DNA of 64,000 bases, from NCBI GenBank assembly GCA_965178125.1, contig OZ237760.1:62001-126000 (forward strand). The letters are read 5' to 3'. Both the position numbers and the translations under genes were made by a program. The notes under the pieces are model-generated. The model made no database searches. It was not told where the DNA came from and saw only the letters and a program-made list of their open reading frames with translations. This document shows positions 22,658 to 37,354 of the stretch, piece by piece; the first letter of the stretch is position 1; every line of letters starts with the position of its first letter. The DNA comes from Bilabrum cf. latius (Eukaryota).

Positions 22658-25600
22658 TCACACCCTCGCCCCAGCTGTGCCCCGGCTCACCCCCCTGCTC
22701 CGGCTCATACTCCTCCTGATTCCAGAGCTAGACCTCTGCATCACGCTCTTTCGGCGGCCCTGCGCCTCGTGCATCGGGTTGGTCTACAGTATATCGGATG
22801 CCACACTGAGCGCTCTTTCCGCGAGGCCTTTCCCGCGATGATCGCCCTTCAGCAATTGGCGCATGGATCGAGTGGACTAGCGGCCGCTCGACCCTGCAGG
22901 CACAGCGTCTCCGCGGCGGCCTCGCGCCGGCTCTGGGCGATCGACCTGAGTGTCGCGGGCAACCTCCTCCGCTCGCTCTCTTGTTCGCCGAGATGCCACA
23001 GCGGGGTCGTCCGGGTCATCCTGTAGCAGTGTCCACCAGAACAGCACAAATAGCAGGCATACACAGGATATGCTGCATATGCCCACGACCCACGTCAGCC
23101 CGATGGTGGCTCGGTGCAGCCCGTCACTGTCAGCACCAAGCAGCTCGGGAGTCTGTTGCAAGGTGGCCAGCGTGTTGAGAGTTACTGCCATGGAAGACAG
23201 CACCAGCACGCCAATCTTGCCAGCCCTTCTCCACGCAAATTCGGGCAGAAAGGGTGCTTGCCATTCGAACACCCATAGGGCACCCAGCAGTACTGCCACC
23301 TGCGCAATCCCAGACACGAGCACCCGGCCGGTTTCGATGGGCACCCAGAACCGCTCCAGCACAGCCAGTAGCAGCAGCACCAGCCAGTCCATCAGCCTCA
23401 CCCACGCTTTGGATGCTCGGTAGTCACCATCTGCAAAGTATGCAAGCCGGTGAGTTTGCCGCAGGATCAGCGACCGGTCCCGCACCGTCTCAAGCAGCTC
23501 CAGTGCCACGGCACGTGACACCTGCACTCCGCGCGCCTCTGCAAGGTCGTTCAACGAGACCAACGCCGGTGACGGCGATTGTTTCTTTGATCCACTTCCG
23601 AATCGCCGCTGCCAATGCGCAGGAAACTCCTTTTGCTCACTGCTAGCACCTGCTACGGTATCCCCATGCAGACTGGCACATTCAATGGAGCTAGCCCCGC
23701 TAACTGATCCTTGCCCGCAGTCAGGTGTCTGCCCTGCATCCATTCCAGCTGCGACCCGCCCAGGTGGACCTGTTAAGCCTCCAAGCGCTGCTGTCCCAGT
23801 TTCGAGCAGATAGCGCTGCAGCTCCTGCCTATGAAGCTCCTCCTGTTCTTGCTAGTAGGCGCGCCGCAAGTGCCCGATGGACGCAGTTGCATGCCGACCC
23901 TTTGAGGCTTTCGAGAACGGGCCGGAGGTCGCAATAGGACTAGGACTAGGACCAGATCGACTGCATGAGAACCGCCCAGAACATGTGTCGCTAGCCGGTA
24001 GAGCGGTCGTTGCAGCCTTGAGCAATCGAGATGCTGATGCTAGCCAAGGGGCAGATGGCGAGCTTGATACAGTCCGATCAATCTCCGGCAACACGACCAG
24101 GACAAGCACAGCTGGCAGACCCACGATCACCACCAAGATACACGCAATGGCCAGTCCCATGACTGCCTGGTGCGATTCAGTCGAAAAACACACGATGCTG
24201 GGATCGGACAGGAGCAGCAACACCCCATCGTCGCTTGGATTGTGGCCGTAGGTGACCAGCACCTGTGCGATAGCCTTTTGACCATTGTCCCCGGCACCGC
24301 CCACGGTGCTGTTTGTATTCAAGATATTTGAGGTGTTATGCTGCTGTACCAACGCCTCCTGCGGCAGCACCAGCTCACTGTCGGCCTGCTCCGCCAGCAG
24401 CACGAGTGACTCAGGGCTCCTGCAGTCCAGAACCTGCACCACGGTGGAGCAAGCGATGGCGTACAGGAGGGAGGATGCGGTAAGCAGGGCGCGAGCGGCC
24501 ATGCCAGCCCACCATACCCCATCGCCACGAAGACGATACCTTGGTTGTTGACCCCTGTTCCCTAGATCTGCCTCCAGTCCCGGGTCCAACCCAACCTAGG
24601 GCGGCGGTGTCGTGAGAGTACCCTGCTGGACAACCTTGGGCGATCTCCTTCGGATCGGATTTACTTGATTGATCGACGCAAACGCATTCTCCGCCGTGTT
24701 TCTCTCTTTCCGAGAACCTGCTGGTGTGTCGCCGACCTACTGCATTGAGCCCTGGCCGTGGACTTCCTCCTGGACTGGACTGGACAGCCACAGGGCAGCA
24801 AAGCCCAGCAGCGCGGTGGTCAGGATCACCGAGAGAACAACGATCTCCTGGCCCAGCTTGATCGCACCCAGACACTCGGGGTGTACCAGGGTGGAGCTCT
24901 CAAACCGGAACACGTCCAGCATACGCACCACCGTGTAGTACCACTGGGGCAGGCCCGGCTGTACCGCCCTGCCAGCCTGCGCGATTGTCTGCAGCAGGAT
25001 CCCCATGAACAGTGAGAACTGCACGGTCCGCTTGCCAGCAAGGGCAAAGGGAATGCCTCTGGCCCAAGCTACCAAACTAACTGCGGCAAGCATCACCAGG
25101 GCAGCGCCCGCCACACCACCCAGGTACACCGCAGCTGGCTGAATCAGGAGCCACGACGAGGGCGAATCCGGACACATCTGACAGCTTCCATCTGTGTCTG
25201 GAAACCGGTCCTACTCGCACCTGGAACACCCGGCGGACCCCTGCAGGTACCCCTAACCGCACTTGGCCTGCCCTGAGGTACCGTCCCAACCCAGGCATCG
25301 CTCGGTGGATGGAGGGCTGCAGCGCACAACGACTCCGGATTCATCCGACTCGGTCCAGTAGCCCGGGAGCGGACGGGCCGAATAACCACCGGGGCAGATA
25401 GCACCGGCGGGGCAAGGCCTGCACTCGTCACCCGCCCCAAAGGCGCACACCAGGCCGGCCTCCACGGCCTCTCTGTCCGCACACAGGGCCCCCGGCTCGG
25501 GGTAGCCCACGCACTGCTCCACGTACTCTATGCCCCCGCGCAATACGAGAGCAGACCACTGGGAGTCCGTTTCCACCAAAGTGGGCCCCGCCAGCTGTAG

Positions 25601-28600
25601 AGGGAGCAATGTGCCCGTGCTGGTGACAGGCTGCTGAACGCCCACATCAGGGCTTGCATCTGGCGCAATCAGAACACACCCTGACAGCATGGTGCCATTC
25701 ATGTCTGATGGGCTTGTTTGTGACCATGCCGCGCTCCTGCTGGCTCGGATGCAGAGATGCTGCAACGCAAGCAGCGTGGCGCTGTCGACGGCCACCTGGC
25801 TGATGCCACTAGCCTGCAATCTGCGACGTGCAGTCGCACCTGCACCTGCCGTTTGATGCTCCCAGCTCGTGTTCCAGGAAGTAGCGACGGGGTGTATCGC
25901 TCCAGATGTCTGCAGCACGGGAGGATTAGCGATGAGAACTGCGAGCTGCGGGCATTGCAGCCTGCTACTTGTCCCGCTGCACACGTCCGAAAACTGTGGA
26001 AGCGCAACCACTGCGGATTCGCCGGACGAAGACACAGCAAGCACCAAACTGCTGATACCACCAACCAGAACAATCGATGCTTCAGACATGCATGGCACCC
26101 TTGTTGCCCCATCTGTCGACATCGGACAGACGATGACGACTTCTGCTGCGCCGCTCACCGTCAGCTGCGGCCCGGTTCCTGCATCGACTCCGGACGACGA
26201 ACCCGAGGGTCTACCCGCTCGCGCTGCAGCATTTGACAGCTCCAGCAGCGCATTTGCGTCAGCATGTGCACCCATGAGCCCACGTGTCCCAGTCAGCCGA
26301 TTTCGTTCGACACCATGCAGCAATCGGCGCTGCGACCCATCACTGGAGCCCGCAAACGCAGACAGCAGCCGAGACTTCCTGCCCAGTAGAGCTGCGGCAG
26401 ACCCAGGGGCGGGCGAATCTTCCGTCGCACCGTCCGCCTCTGTGCCCCAGACCGCTTCCGGCAGGCTGGTCATAATGTCCGCGGGCTCGGGCCAGCGGAT
26501 TGCACGAACCTTCAGCGGAATTCCCACGGCCAGCGGTTGGCTGTAGACCGCTCCGGAGACTGGGCCTGGTAGAGCTTCCACGGCACTAGGGTCCAGTGCC
26601 TCCCCGACTGGTGCATTGGCGAGGCTGTCCACGAGCTGCTGGGCCGACTGGACGTCTGTGCTGCCCATCAGGCAAACAAGCCAGAGCGACACGCTCTCTC
26701 GTCCCCTGGGCGCGATATCTAGCTGCAGAGATGACGAGGCAGACACGTGCACGGTGCTAGTGACGCTCCCATTCGTCCATCCATCGTCCGATCGCCGCAC
26801 CATCGACACCGCAGGAGATACCTAGATCCCAGTGACGACTGTCCCCGTGTCATCCACGGGTCTGCATGCCAACAACACAGCCTCTCCCGGTGCTGGCCGC
26901 ACGGGCACGGTCACTTGATACCCGGCAGCTGCCATTGCAGAGCCCAGCACAGTGCTAGCACCGCGCTGCTACCCCTCTAGGCTGGCTTGCAGGATGGCTC
27001 CGGCCTGCACTGACACCACGTGGTGGCCCGTGCTTGCAGCCTTCCTCCGCGCCTCATCGTCGCTCAGGGGCGGCTCCACTGGAGCGAGGTCAACCTCAAC
27101 TGCCTCCCCCACTGGAGCCACGAGGCCAGTCATGGACGCACAAGCTCCAATGGACAGGTCCTCGGGAACACCAACACGCACATACACGCTCTGCCGCGCA
27201 ACGTGCGACGAGTCTTGGGCTCGACTCGTAGCAGCAGCCCGCGCAGAAACGTACCGCAGGTCACCCTGTCCCACCTAGTGCCCGTGCCGAGCCACCACCG
27301 TCATGCGCAGCGTGACTTCCACGCACACACCCCCGAGACCGCCCTCTGCGGCAGCATCCGCGGCCTGCAGAGCAGCAAGCCCTGAAAGTGGCCTGCGTGC
27401 ACCGGCCTCTCCGTCGCCCATGGCCGCTTTAGCTGCATCCAGCGCGGTCCAGCCCTCCTCCGATGCTGCATACCTGGGCACGAACCTATCCAGCCCAAGA
27501 CTGGGAGTGGTGCTCGCCCAATGCCTCCCAAGCGCTTCGGCACTGACACGAACGACCTGACCTCTGGCTGACGCACTCAGGAACGCCCCGGGGTCAGCCT
27601 GCACCCATGCCCCTACCTGGCGGCCGGACTGGAGCTGTGGGGCGAGGGCATCGCTACCCAAGGGGTCCAGCTCGACTAGCACGCTGGACCGGGGCACCTG
27701 TCCGATCTGACCTGGACCGGGCCCGAACTGCATCGTAACATTCACTGCGGGTGGTAGCCAAGCCAGCGCTGTCTTTGCACCGGTTTCATCGGAGGGTGAA
27801 GCGACGGTGCCTACCGTGGCAGATGCCATCGAGGGGGACGACAGTCCGGTACGAACCACCGCTCCTGAGCACAGGCTCAGCTTGATCGTCACGCGCGGAC
27901 CACACGTAGTGACACCTCCCTCGGTTGGTGGTAGCATGTCCACTGCAGGGCACTGCAGCGCGGCCCCAGCCCCAGGTCGAGGAGAAGCCGGCTTGGACCC
28001 CGCACGCGGCCACAGGCACACGTCTTCCATGGGTCGGTACACGGCCAGGCTGGCAGGCTGTCCATCGAACGACGTGACCGACAGCTACAATTGGTCCAAG
28101 CCACTCGTAATTTGATCGTGCCTGTCTTCCATTGAAAACATGCCAACGTTCATGTAGACTGGCGCAGAGACTCGCATCCAGCGCTCCTCGCCATCCCCCC
28201 TTTGCTGCTCAGCCAAGGCAGCCCTTAGATCTGCTAGCGGATCTGCGGGGGAGGCCTCGCTGTATAGCACGAGGCTGCCGTTTTCACTGGCATGCGAATG
28301 AAAGCTAGCTTCCACTGGCCCCACTCTCGCTACGAGGATGTCTGAATCAGCCGGGATCACCAGACGGGGCCAACCCAACTCCATTTGGAACTGCAAGCCC
28401 TGCTTCCCATCTGCCTGAGCTATCGCACCCAATCCACGGTCTAGATGTATCAATGCCTTGTGCATCTATCGGTCAGATATCATGGGGTCGAACAGCATCG
28501 ATGCGTTGGATGACTTGGGGAACACCAAGCCTGGAGCCCCGGCCATGGGCCGCCAGTTAGTTCTCTACAACGGCACCAGCTGGTCTGTTGGGGACGGGAT

Positions 28601-31600
28601 CTGCACAAGGAGCTGACCGCTAGGTGCTTCCGACCAGCTCGAGTGTCCTGCATCACTTGTATTTGCCGCTCCTCTCAGGGGGGATGTCCCAGTGCGCAGC
28701 TCGTACACTATGGGCACTCGAATGCCGACCGTGCTGTCCTGGCTCACCACGGCTCCCCCCGCTGCAATGGCTGCTAATCGAGCAGCCCATGTCCACTTTG
28801 GTGCGCCATGGACTGAATTGCCCATGCCTGCCCACACTTGCCGCCTGCCGTCTATCGCGAGATCCGTAGCCTAAGCCTGTACTGCCCGCAGACCCACATT
28901 GCACGCCACCTGGATCGCGAGCGCAGTCAGCCGTACCACACCTGACACAGAGCACGGCTCTGACCCAAGGAACACGAAGGATTGGCGGCGAATCAAAGAA
29001 GAATTCAGACCACTGAATCCGTCCGATGACACATTCAACACCACCTCCGCACTGCTGCTCCCATGATCGGGCCAGCCATCCGACCACGCCAAGCGGTCTG
29101 TCCGTGACACATTCGCACCTTCTGACGTCGGTGCTATGTCCACCACCACGCTGCTATTCACCAAAACCATGGGCGCTAAACCAGCAGGCATTGAGGATGG
29201 GCTGGGACTAGCACTGGGCGATGGGCTGGGCGTACTGCTAGGCGAGCTACTGGGTGATGGGCTCTGCCACGGGCCGGGAGACGGCACCGTGAGGTCCAGG
29301 AAGGCAATGAGGACGCCACCCTCTTCCTTGCTGCTGCCGCGATCTAGCTCGGGCAGCCCCATGGCCATGACAGCCAGCCCGTTCCCGCCCACGTCACCCA
29401 GCATAGGCCCACCCATCATCTCGACAGGCCCTGGCAGCGCCGCGGCCACTACCGGATCCAGGGGCGTGATCTTGCGGAAGCTCTCCACGGTTCTCACGCC
29501 CGAGCTGTTGCTCATGAACAGAAGGTAGACTGCACCGCCGCCCGCAACTCCCGATGCTCCCACTGCCATGTCTGCCGCTCCGTTCATGTCCACGTCGCCC
29601 AGGCTCCCGATGCGGTACCCAAAGAACGACTCATCCGGCAGCTCGCCTGGTGGCATTCCTCCTGATGCGTTGCTAATTACGGACACGGAGTCCGTCACTA
29701 CTGTTGCATTGGACCATAATTCTGTGACAACGACTGCGCCAGATCGAACTGCCCCCATGACTAGAGCCCATCTGGGGTTGTGCACCGTGGGTTGGAGGGC
29801 CGCCACAGACCAACCAATGCTCCATACGCTTGACGGAATGGCGGCTAGTCCGCCTCCTGCTGCGGCGCTCAGGCGCTGCACTGCCCTAACAGAGTCGTTC
29901 CCGTGGAGGAACAGGACACTGACGTAGCCACGGTGAGGGCCTGCTCTGACGCTCTGGGGAGCACCCACCGCAACATCAACAAGTCCGTCTCCATCAATGT
30001 CGCCGATGGAACCAGTGCAACCGGCACCGAACTCGTCACCCGCCCTGACGTAGTCCCGTGGAATCGCTCCAATCTCGTTACCAATGATGGAGTGGTGTGT
30101 CACGGTGCCGTTTGCCAGCATCCTTACGATATAGGCGAGCCCTGCGTCACTTCCGTGCCGAGCAGCGTGCTGGTGCCCTACGATGAGCCTCGGCACGCGA
30201 GGCTGCTCGCCGTTCGGCTAGTCGAATCGAGCGGCACAAGAACCGAACTGCCCGCTAGCGTAGGACGTGAGCCCTACATCAGCGGATAAGGTCCACACAT
30301 CCTTGGCTGTCCCATTTCTGTGCAGCAACACGATGAATAGTGCGCCGTCATTCGACACCAGCACTGTCCTGGACATCGCAAACACCGCCAGGTCAGGCAC
30401 GCCGTCCATGTCTATGTCGCCAACGGCCGACACGTCTCTGCCGAAGAAATCGTCTTGCTGAAGTGCGACATCCTCCATTCCGGGCGAGCCGCCGGCAATC
30501 AGTGTGGCGTTGCGGACGATACCTGGCACGATTGGAATGCCAGAAGGGGACGGCGATGATGTCGGCGTCGGCGTCGGCGACGGGCTTGGTGTCAAGCTCG
30601 GTTGCGCGGCCGCCCCACCCATCTCTAGTACGACCACGGACCCACGGTCTACTCCACCCGTGGAGTCGCTGGGGATGCCAACCACAATCCGCGAGGCGTG
30701 TGAGCCAGATGTGTCTCTGAATGCTGCGACGCCACGAAGCATGCCACCCACGGGGATGGCTGCAGCCAGTCGCGGATGGACTCGGGTCAGTTTCACGAGT
30801 CGATCCACCAGGTCAAGGTCTGCCAGCGAGGGGTTGAGGAAAACTATATAGACCGCACCGGAGTCCGTACCGCCCTCATCGTCCATTGGGGCACTCACAA
30901 TCAAATCTTCAAATCCGTTTCCATCCTGATCCCCCGCAGCAGCAACCTGGGTACCGAACTGGGAGCTCGGTGCGATGGTGTCGGGCCCCACCACACCGCC
31001 GAAACCATTACTGATGCGCTGGACGCTGTCAGAGAAAGTGCTCCCATTGGATGCCATTCGAATCAAAAACACTGTGTCCATATTGGGAAGACCCAAGACG
31101 AGATCGACTGGGTTGTTCGCAGCCTGCACCCTCGGCGGTAGAGCGGCAATGGCACTCCCCACCACCGGTGGCATTCCAATAGAAGCCGGTCGCAGCAGTT
31201 TGAACGAATGCACTCTATCGCTCGGACTCATAAATAGCACGAACAGACTCGCGCACTCCGTGCACACCCCTGGCGACAACTGCGGGGCCCCAACGATCAA
31301 ATCGTTCAGGCCATCGCTGTTCAGGTCGCCCACACCCGTGGCTATCCCGGTCCCAAATGCATTTGGCCGAGGAATCGCCCCGACAGGCAGACCCCCCTTC
31401 CCGTTTCCTATTTCGGTGCGGTTAACAACAGAGCCGTTGCTCGGACTAAGCCTGAACACAAACACCCGTCCCACCCCGTCAGCTTGGAACCGGGCCGCCC
31501 CATGACCCGCCACCAATCGAGGCAGCTGTGGCTAGTGCCCCAACGGTTGGTCAAGCCGGCCCAGTCCTGATCCAAATGGGAAAGATGCAGCAGTTGCATT

Positions 31601-34600
31601 ATTCGCCATGTGGGCGTCTACCTCTAGATCAATCTTGCTGTGCGTCAGTACCGTGCTACCAGGCCCCATCAGCAGGACAAACACGGCCCCGACATTGCGG
31701 TTGCTTGGCTGTGACTAGTAGGCCCCAGCCTGGATAGCAATGTCCTCGTGCAAATCGCCGTTGATGTCTCCAATCCCTGCTACTGAATACCCCAGTTTGC
31801 CATTGGTAGGCAGGGCAACCTGAGGCAGGCCCGGCCCACCGTCAGTGATCCTGACCGCCCCGAGCACCACACCGGCGGGCATGGGGACTGGCGATGGAGA
31901 CGGCGATGGCACCGGCCCGCCCATGGATAGAAGCAGCACAGCTCCACGATTCGCACCTCCCGTGTCGTCGGTGGGCAGGCCAATGGCCAGGTCCACCCGC
32001 GAGTCGCCGCCTAGGTCGCCGAGAACTGCAGCGGACTGGATGCAGCTCGGGGGCGTGATCATCGAACCACCGATGCCAGCCTTCCTGCTGGTGATCAGGT
32101 CAAATGACAGCACGGCGGAGGGACTCGCTTCACTGGGCTGCAAGTAGAGCACAAATATGGCCCCAGATCGCTCTCCGTCTGGGTGCGCGTAGGCTGCATC
32201 CGGTACTAGGAGATCACCTGCCCCGTTCAGGTCCAGGTCCCCAGCACTGGCTATTTGACTTCCAAACTAGCTAGAACCATCGAACGTTCCAACTGGAATG
32301 CCGTTAAGACCGTCTGCAATCAGTACGACGCTGCCTGCAAGGACACTTCCGTTCGATTGGATCCCGCACAGCACCACGCAAGGCGGGTGCTGTCGAGACA
32401 GAGCCAGGTCCACCCGCCTGCCCGGCCCTCGTGGGGCTATGGCAGCCACGTCCATGGCTACACGGAAACTATCTGCGATGCCATCGAGACCCTCGCCTGC
32501 CTCCTGGCTGATGCGATGCACGGCCTTCACCGTGTCGTTGGCCCGCATGCACAGCACGTAGACCGCGCCCTGACGATCGCTGAAACCGGGCGATGCCACT
32601 GCGATATCGTTGACGCCATCGTAGTCAATGTCGCCGATGTCCCCTGTCACCCCCATACCAAATACGCCGTCCTCTCCGATCATTGCAGCGGGCACTCCCC
32701 CAGTGCCGCTGGCCAGCACGGTCACACCGGCCGGCTCACCGCTGTCAAGCACTCGGAACACGAGCACCCTCCCACCCATGGGCACCCCCTCGCTGGACCA
32801 GGGCTCCCCCACTAGGATACGGCCCACGTGCCCGTCCTCGCCAAACGGCTGGTCTAGCCTGGAGACGCTGGCCCCAAAGCGGACTGCAGGGGCCAAGTCT
32901 GTCTCAACACCACCAGATAAAGCCCCGATGACACTGGTTCTACTTACGGTTCCGTTCCTGTGCAGAAACAGCAGCGCGACCCCGCCCACTCTATCTGTCT
33001 CACCCTCATCTACAAAGTGCGTGGCCAGGTCAGGTACGCCATCCTTGTCCCAGTCGCCGATGCTTGCCACCCTCATCCCAAATGCTGCTTCGTTAGATAA
33101 CACTTCCTCAGAGAACCCGCTCAGCCCATGGGCGATCTTGCTGCTCCGTGCGACTTGTCCCAGCGCCATGGGGCTGGGCGATGGTGATACGAAGACCCCT
33201 GGCGTGGGCGAAGGTGTGGGGGATGGCACAGCACCGCCCAGGGGCACCACCACGATGGAGCCAGTCTGCTGGCCGTCGGGCGTTGCATTGGGCAGACCGA
33301 GCACCAGATCGACCCTGCCATCACCGTTCAGGTCTGAAACAGCGGCAACGCTTTGGATCGTAGCCCCAGTTGGGACAATGCCAGCAAGGACAGGGTGCAG
33401 TGCGGTCAGCTTGGTGTGTCCAGTCAGGATACCATCCGCCCAATTGGCATGGAAGTACACGATGAACACCGCACCCGCCCCCGCGCCTGCCTCATCGTCG
33501 CCTGGTGCCCCCACCACCAGGTCCTCCCCGCCGTCGCCATCAATATCCCCGGCACTGCAGATCGATGCCCCAAAGTTGCTGCTCGCTGCCATCTCGCTGG
33601 AGTCTATGCCGCCACTCCCTCGGCCAATGCGGCGATAGGAACCACTGCCAGATACGGCACGACCATTGGCTCCCAGTCGGTGGATGTGCACCTGGTTTGC
33701 ACTCACCATTGCGATCGCAATATCAAGCGGATTGCCAGCTGCCCGAGGCCTCATGGGCGTCAAGTACCTCCCGATAGTGCCTGTGAAAGAATTCGGGATC
33801 TCAGAGAATCCGCTGGACCGAACGTTCAGCCTAGCGCTCCTGACCGTGTCGTCGCTCTTCAAGAACAAAACAAACACCTTGCCGCCACGAAGCACGTCAT
33901 CTGGTCCTGGGGCTCCCACGATCAGATCCACCATCCCATCTCCATCAATGTCACCTCCGGCAGACACAGCGGATCCAAACTAGTCGCCAGCATCGAGCAG
34001 ACCCGAGGGCATACCCGCTTCCCCGCCGGCGATGATCGTATAGCTGGCCACTGAGCTGTTCTCTGGGTGTAGCCGCATCACGATCACCCTGCCGACACTG
34101 TCCCCGGAACCCGCGGACCAGTCCGGTTGGCCCACTGCCAACCTCGGCATGCGCGGCTGCTTCCCTCCCCACTGCCAGAATCCGGTGGGCGACTAGCCAA
34201 ACCCTGATGCAGATGAGCTGAGCTGGTCTAGAGCCCCCGACCCCGGCCGCATCTCCGTCGCTCGAGCCACGGCCCCGTCTCGTCGCATAGAGAGCACCAT
34301 TGAGCTACTTTGCCCTGTCGACCGAGGGGCGTACACTGCAACGTCGTGCACCCCGTCCCTCCCCATGTCGGGCAGGGCCACAACCTGCATCCCGAACATG
34401 TCTCCGGCCTGCAGCGTGTCGAGCTACAGCCCTCCCCATCCGTTCGCGATGGTCAGTCCGCCCGCCACCGGTGCCCCTGGCGCTCCCGGTGACGGGCTGG
34501 GCGACGGCCTTGCGGGGGTGCCTCCCACCGCGGCCAATACCAGCGCACCCGCGTTGTGGCCGTTCGAGTCGTCAAGTGGGAGACCCAGCGCAATGACAGC

Positions 34601-37354
34601 CCTGCCACCGCCGTCCTCGATGCCTAGCACAACGCCAAGCCCACGCAATCCCGACGACCCACTTACGACACCGCCCAAGAAAGCTGCGCTGGAAGGCTCG
34701 ATCACCTCGAAGTCTTTGAGGGGGTCACTCGACTATGCCGATGCCAAGTAGAGCACATGCACCGTGCTGTGGTCCTCGTCTCCCACCAGTAAATCAGCGA
34801 TCATATCCCCGTCCAAGTCTCCCGCAAGAGCCACCGACGAGCCCCAGCGGCCCGACCCGGACACCCCCTCCACTGGCATGCCCCCCTGGCCTGGCCAAAC
34901 CGCGTCAATCTGATCGACCTGACCGTTCCTGGCGAGGGCAATCAGATAAACCACGCGCCGATTGGGCACACCCATGACAATGTCCACGGGGTTGCTCAGT
35001 TCATGGTCCCGTGGGGGCATCGCAGCGAGTGCTTCGCCGACCTTCGCCGTTTGGTGCCCAACCAGAGCACTCAGCTGGCCCCCCAGCGCCTGGTGCAGCT
35101 TGAACGTGCTCCCGATCGTATCATTGGCGCGCATCAGCAGCACGTGAAGCGCACCGGAGTCTGATCCTCCCTGGTCATCGCCCGGCGCACCAACAATCAA
35201 ATCGTTCAGTCCATCCCCGTCAACGTCACCCGGCAATGCGAGGCACTCGCCGAACCTGTCCCCAGCGGATGTGACACCCACTTGCAGACTGTCCTGGCCG
35301 TTGCGGATCCAGCGATGGCTAACCACGGATCCGTTTCCAGGCACCAGTCGAAGGAAGATCACAGCCCCGGCCTGCTCCCCGCCGCTCACCTCATCGCCGG
35401 GCGCGCCCACCACAAGCCGCGGCAGGTGCGGCTGCTGCCCCGCCGGCTGCTGCAGGAGCACCGGACTGGCCCCGAACTCCCTGTCCTAAACAGCCCCAAA
35501 GTCTCCGCCACCATTCCCCATTCCATCTATGACTCGATCTATGCCCACCGTCCCGTTGGACCGCAAGAACATCAGGTGCAATACCCCGGCCCCGGTCACC
35601 TCCCCCGCGCTCTCCCTCTGTGCATGCACCGCCAAGTCACCCACCCCGTCTCCGTTCACGTCGCCCAGTGAGCCCACACTGTATCCGTAGAGGGCCCCGG
35701 TGGAACCGCCGCTCCCGACCCGTGTGGCGCTGAGCACGTGACCCGCAGTTGGGGGCGGAGGGCTGGGCGAAGGGCTGGGCGAGGGGGCAGCGGCAACGGC
35801 GCGTATCTTGATGACGTGGATGTGCCCCTGCCTTCCGTTTGCCTCTCGCGCGCCCACCAGGAGATTTCTCGCGAGACTACCCGGAGCGGCAGGAAACGCG
35901 TATCCCAGGGATCTTGCGAATGCGTCGTTAGCCTGCACTGTTCCTACTGGCAGCCCATTGGTGCCGTCCTCGACGGTGAAGCAGGACCCTGCAGACGGGG
36001 AAGGCAAGCTATGCAGCGTGCAGATGAGCACCAGTGCTTTCGCGGTCAAATGAGTGGTCATATATCCCATGGCTAAATCCATGGGCGGCTAGCCGTCAAT
36101 GTCGATGGGAGTCAAGCCAGAGGCCAGCTTGAGCAAAGGCAGAATGGCAGGCAGCGGCCCAACCCCAGGTGCCAGCTCCAGCACCCATGCAACGGATGAG
36201 TTCCGGCGGATTCCAAGAACGATGACCCTGCCGTCTCCCGCAATATTTTCCTCCGCTGCCACCGCCAGAGCCCCCACTCCGTCTTCAGGCTCGCCCCATG
36301 GACCCAGCCAGCAAGGCGATCTGCCGAAGCCGTGCCTGTCCTGCAGCTGGCTGGCTACTAGCCCGCCCTGGCCCTGAGAAACCTACGTCAGGCCGGTCAC
36401 CGATCCGCTATTGTTCCTGGAGATGAGAAACACGGCCCCCGTGTCGTGGCCAGTCCCACTCGCCCCCTCGACCCTGTCAGCCCCCACGATCAAATCCACC
36501 ACACCGTCGCCGCTGATGTCGGCAGCCTCTACGCCGATCCCGAAGCGGATCTCGCCGCTTGGGAGGGCCGAGAGACCAGCGGTGCTATGACTGTACTGCA
36601 TGGTAGTGCCAGGCTCAAATGTGCTATCCATGCGGACAGTCACGTCTGTCACAGCCTGTGGCGCGAGCTGGCCGACCAGGAGCCGAAGGCCCCTGGTCCC
36701 ATTCTCGAGTGCGCGGTAGCCTACAAACGCAACATCATGGCCCCACCATGCGTTACCACTGAAATCTCCGAGTATGCTCGAGGCCGGGCGGCTTGCAGGC
36801 GGGAACCCTTGCGACGTTGGCGATACTGTCACTACCTGGCGCACCTGCTCGTTTGCCCGCATTAGGAACACATGCAGCTTGTGCTGCAATGGAGCAGTCG
36901 CAGCAAAATCTGCCACTCCGTCTCTATCCCAGTCTCCTATGCCTTGAAGCCCTACGCTTAATTGGGCATTCGTCCCAGTAAAACCGGCAGGCAGGCCACC
37001 GAGACCGCTGCCAAGCGTAGTTGCATTCAACACACGATTCAGCGGTGCCGGGCTTGCGCTCGGCCACGGCGGGAAGATATTCTTAGCTGTGACATGACCA
37101 AACAGCACGAATACGAGCAAGGCCAACGAGTGGAACCGAAGGCAGGAGCCACGATTGCCCCGCCAGCGTCGAGAATCTAGAATCTGCTTGCACGGTTTGC
37201 GCGGTGCCAAACACCAGGCGTGTGCTACCTTTGCTTTCAACAGGCTCAAATTCGCATCGCCACATGTATGCTGCGATTGGAGATATCCAAAGAGCAAGCA
37301 AGGAGGGAAAAAGGCAATCAGCAACCGCCGCACTGGAAAACGCGTTGCACCCAA
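22658..37354 (-). CDS. Giant cell-surface protein (~4,900 aa): six tandem FG-GAP (integrin-alpha-like) propeller modules, stalk, Cys-rich repeats, multi-pass TM domain; exact start uncertain
   Basis: About 20 ORF-track pieces share one frame, joined by 25 TAGs with no TAA/TGA until TGA 22658. Many FG..V...GD.DGDG..DL.VGAP repeats and (SP/TP)n linkers. CRPCPAGAICPGG..PGYW..C..RC motif. Several hydrophobic helices at 22990-25130. Signal-like SLALLVFVLFGHVTA near 37090-37135, but no in-frame ATG before the upstream TGA at 37433, so a small 5' exon is likely. Confidence 0.85.
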
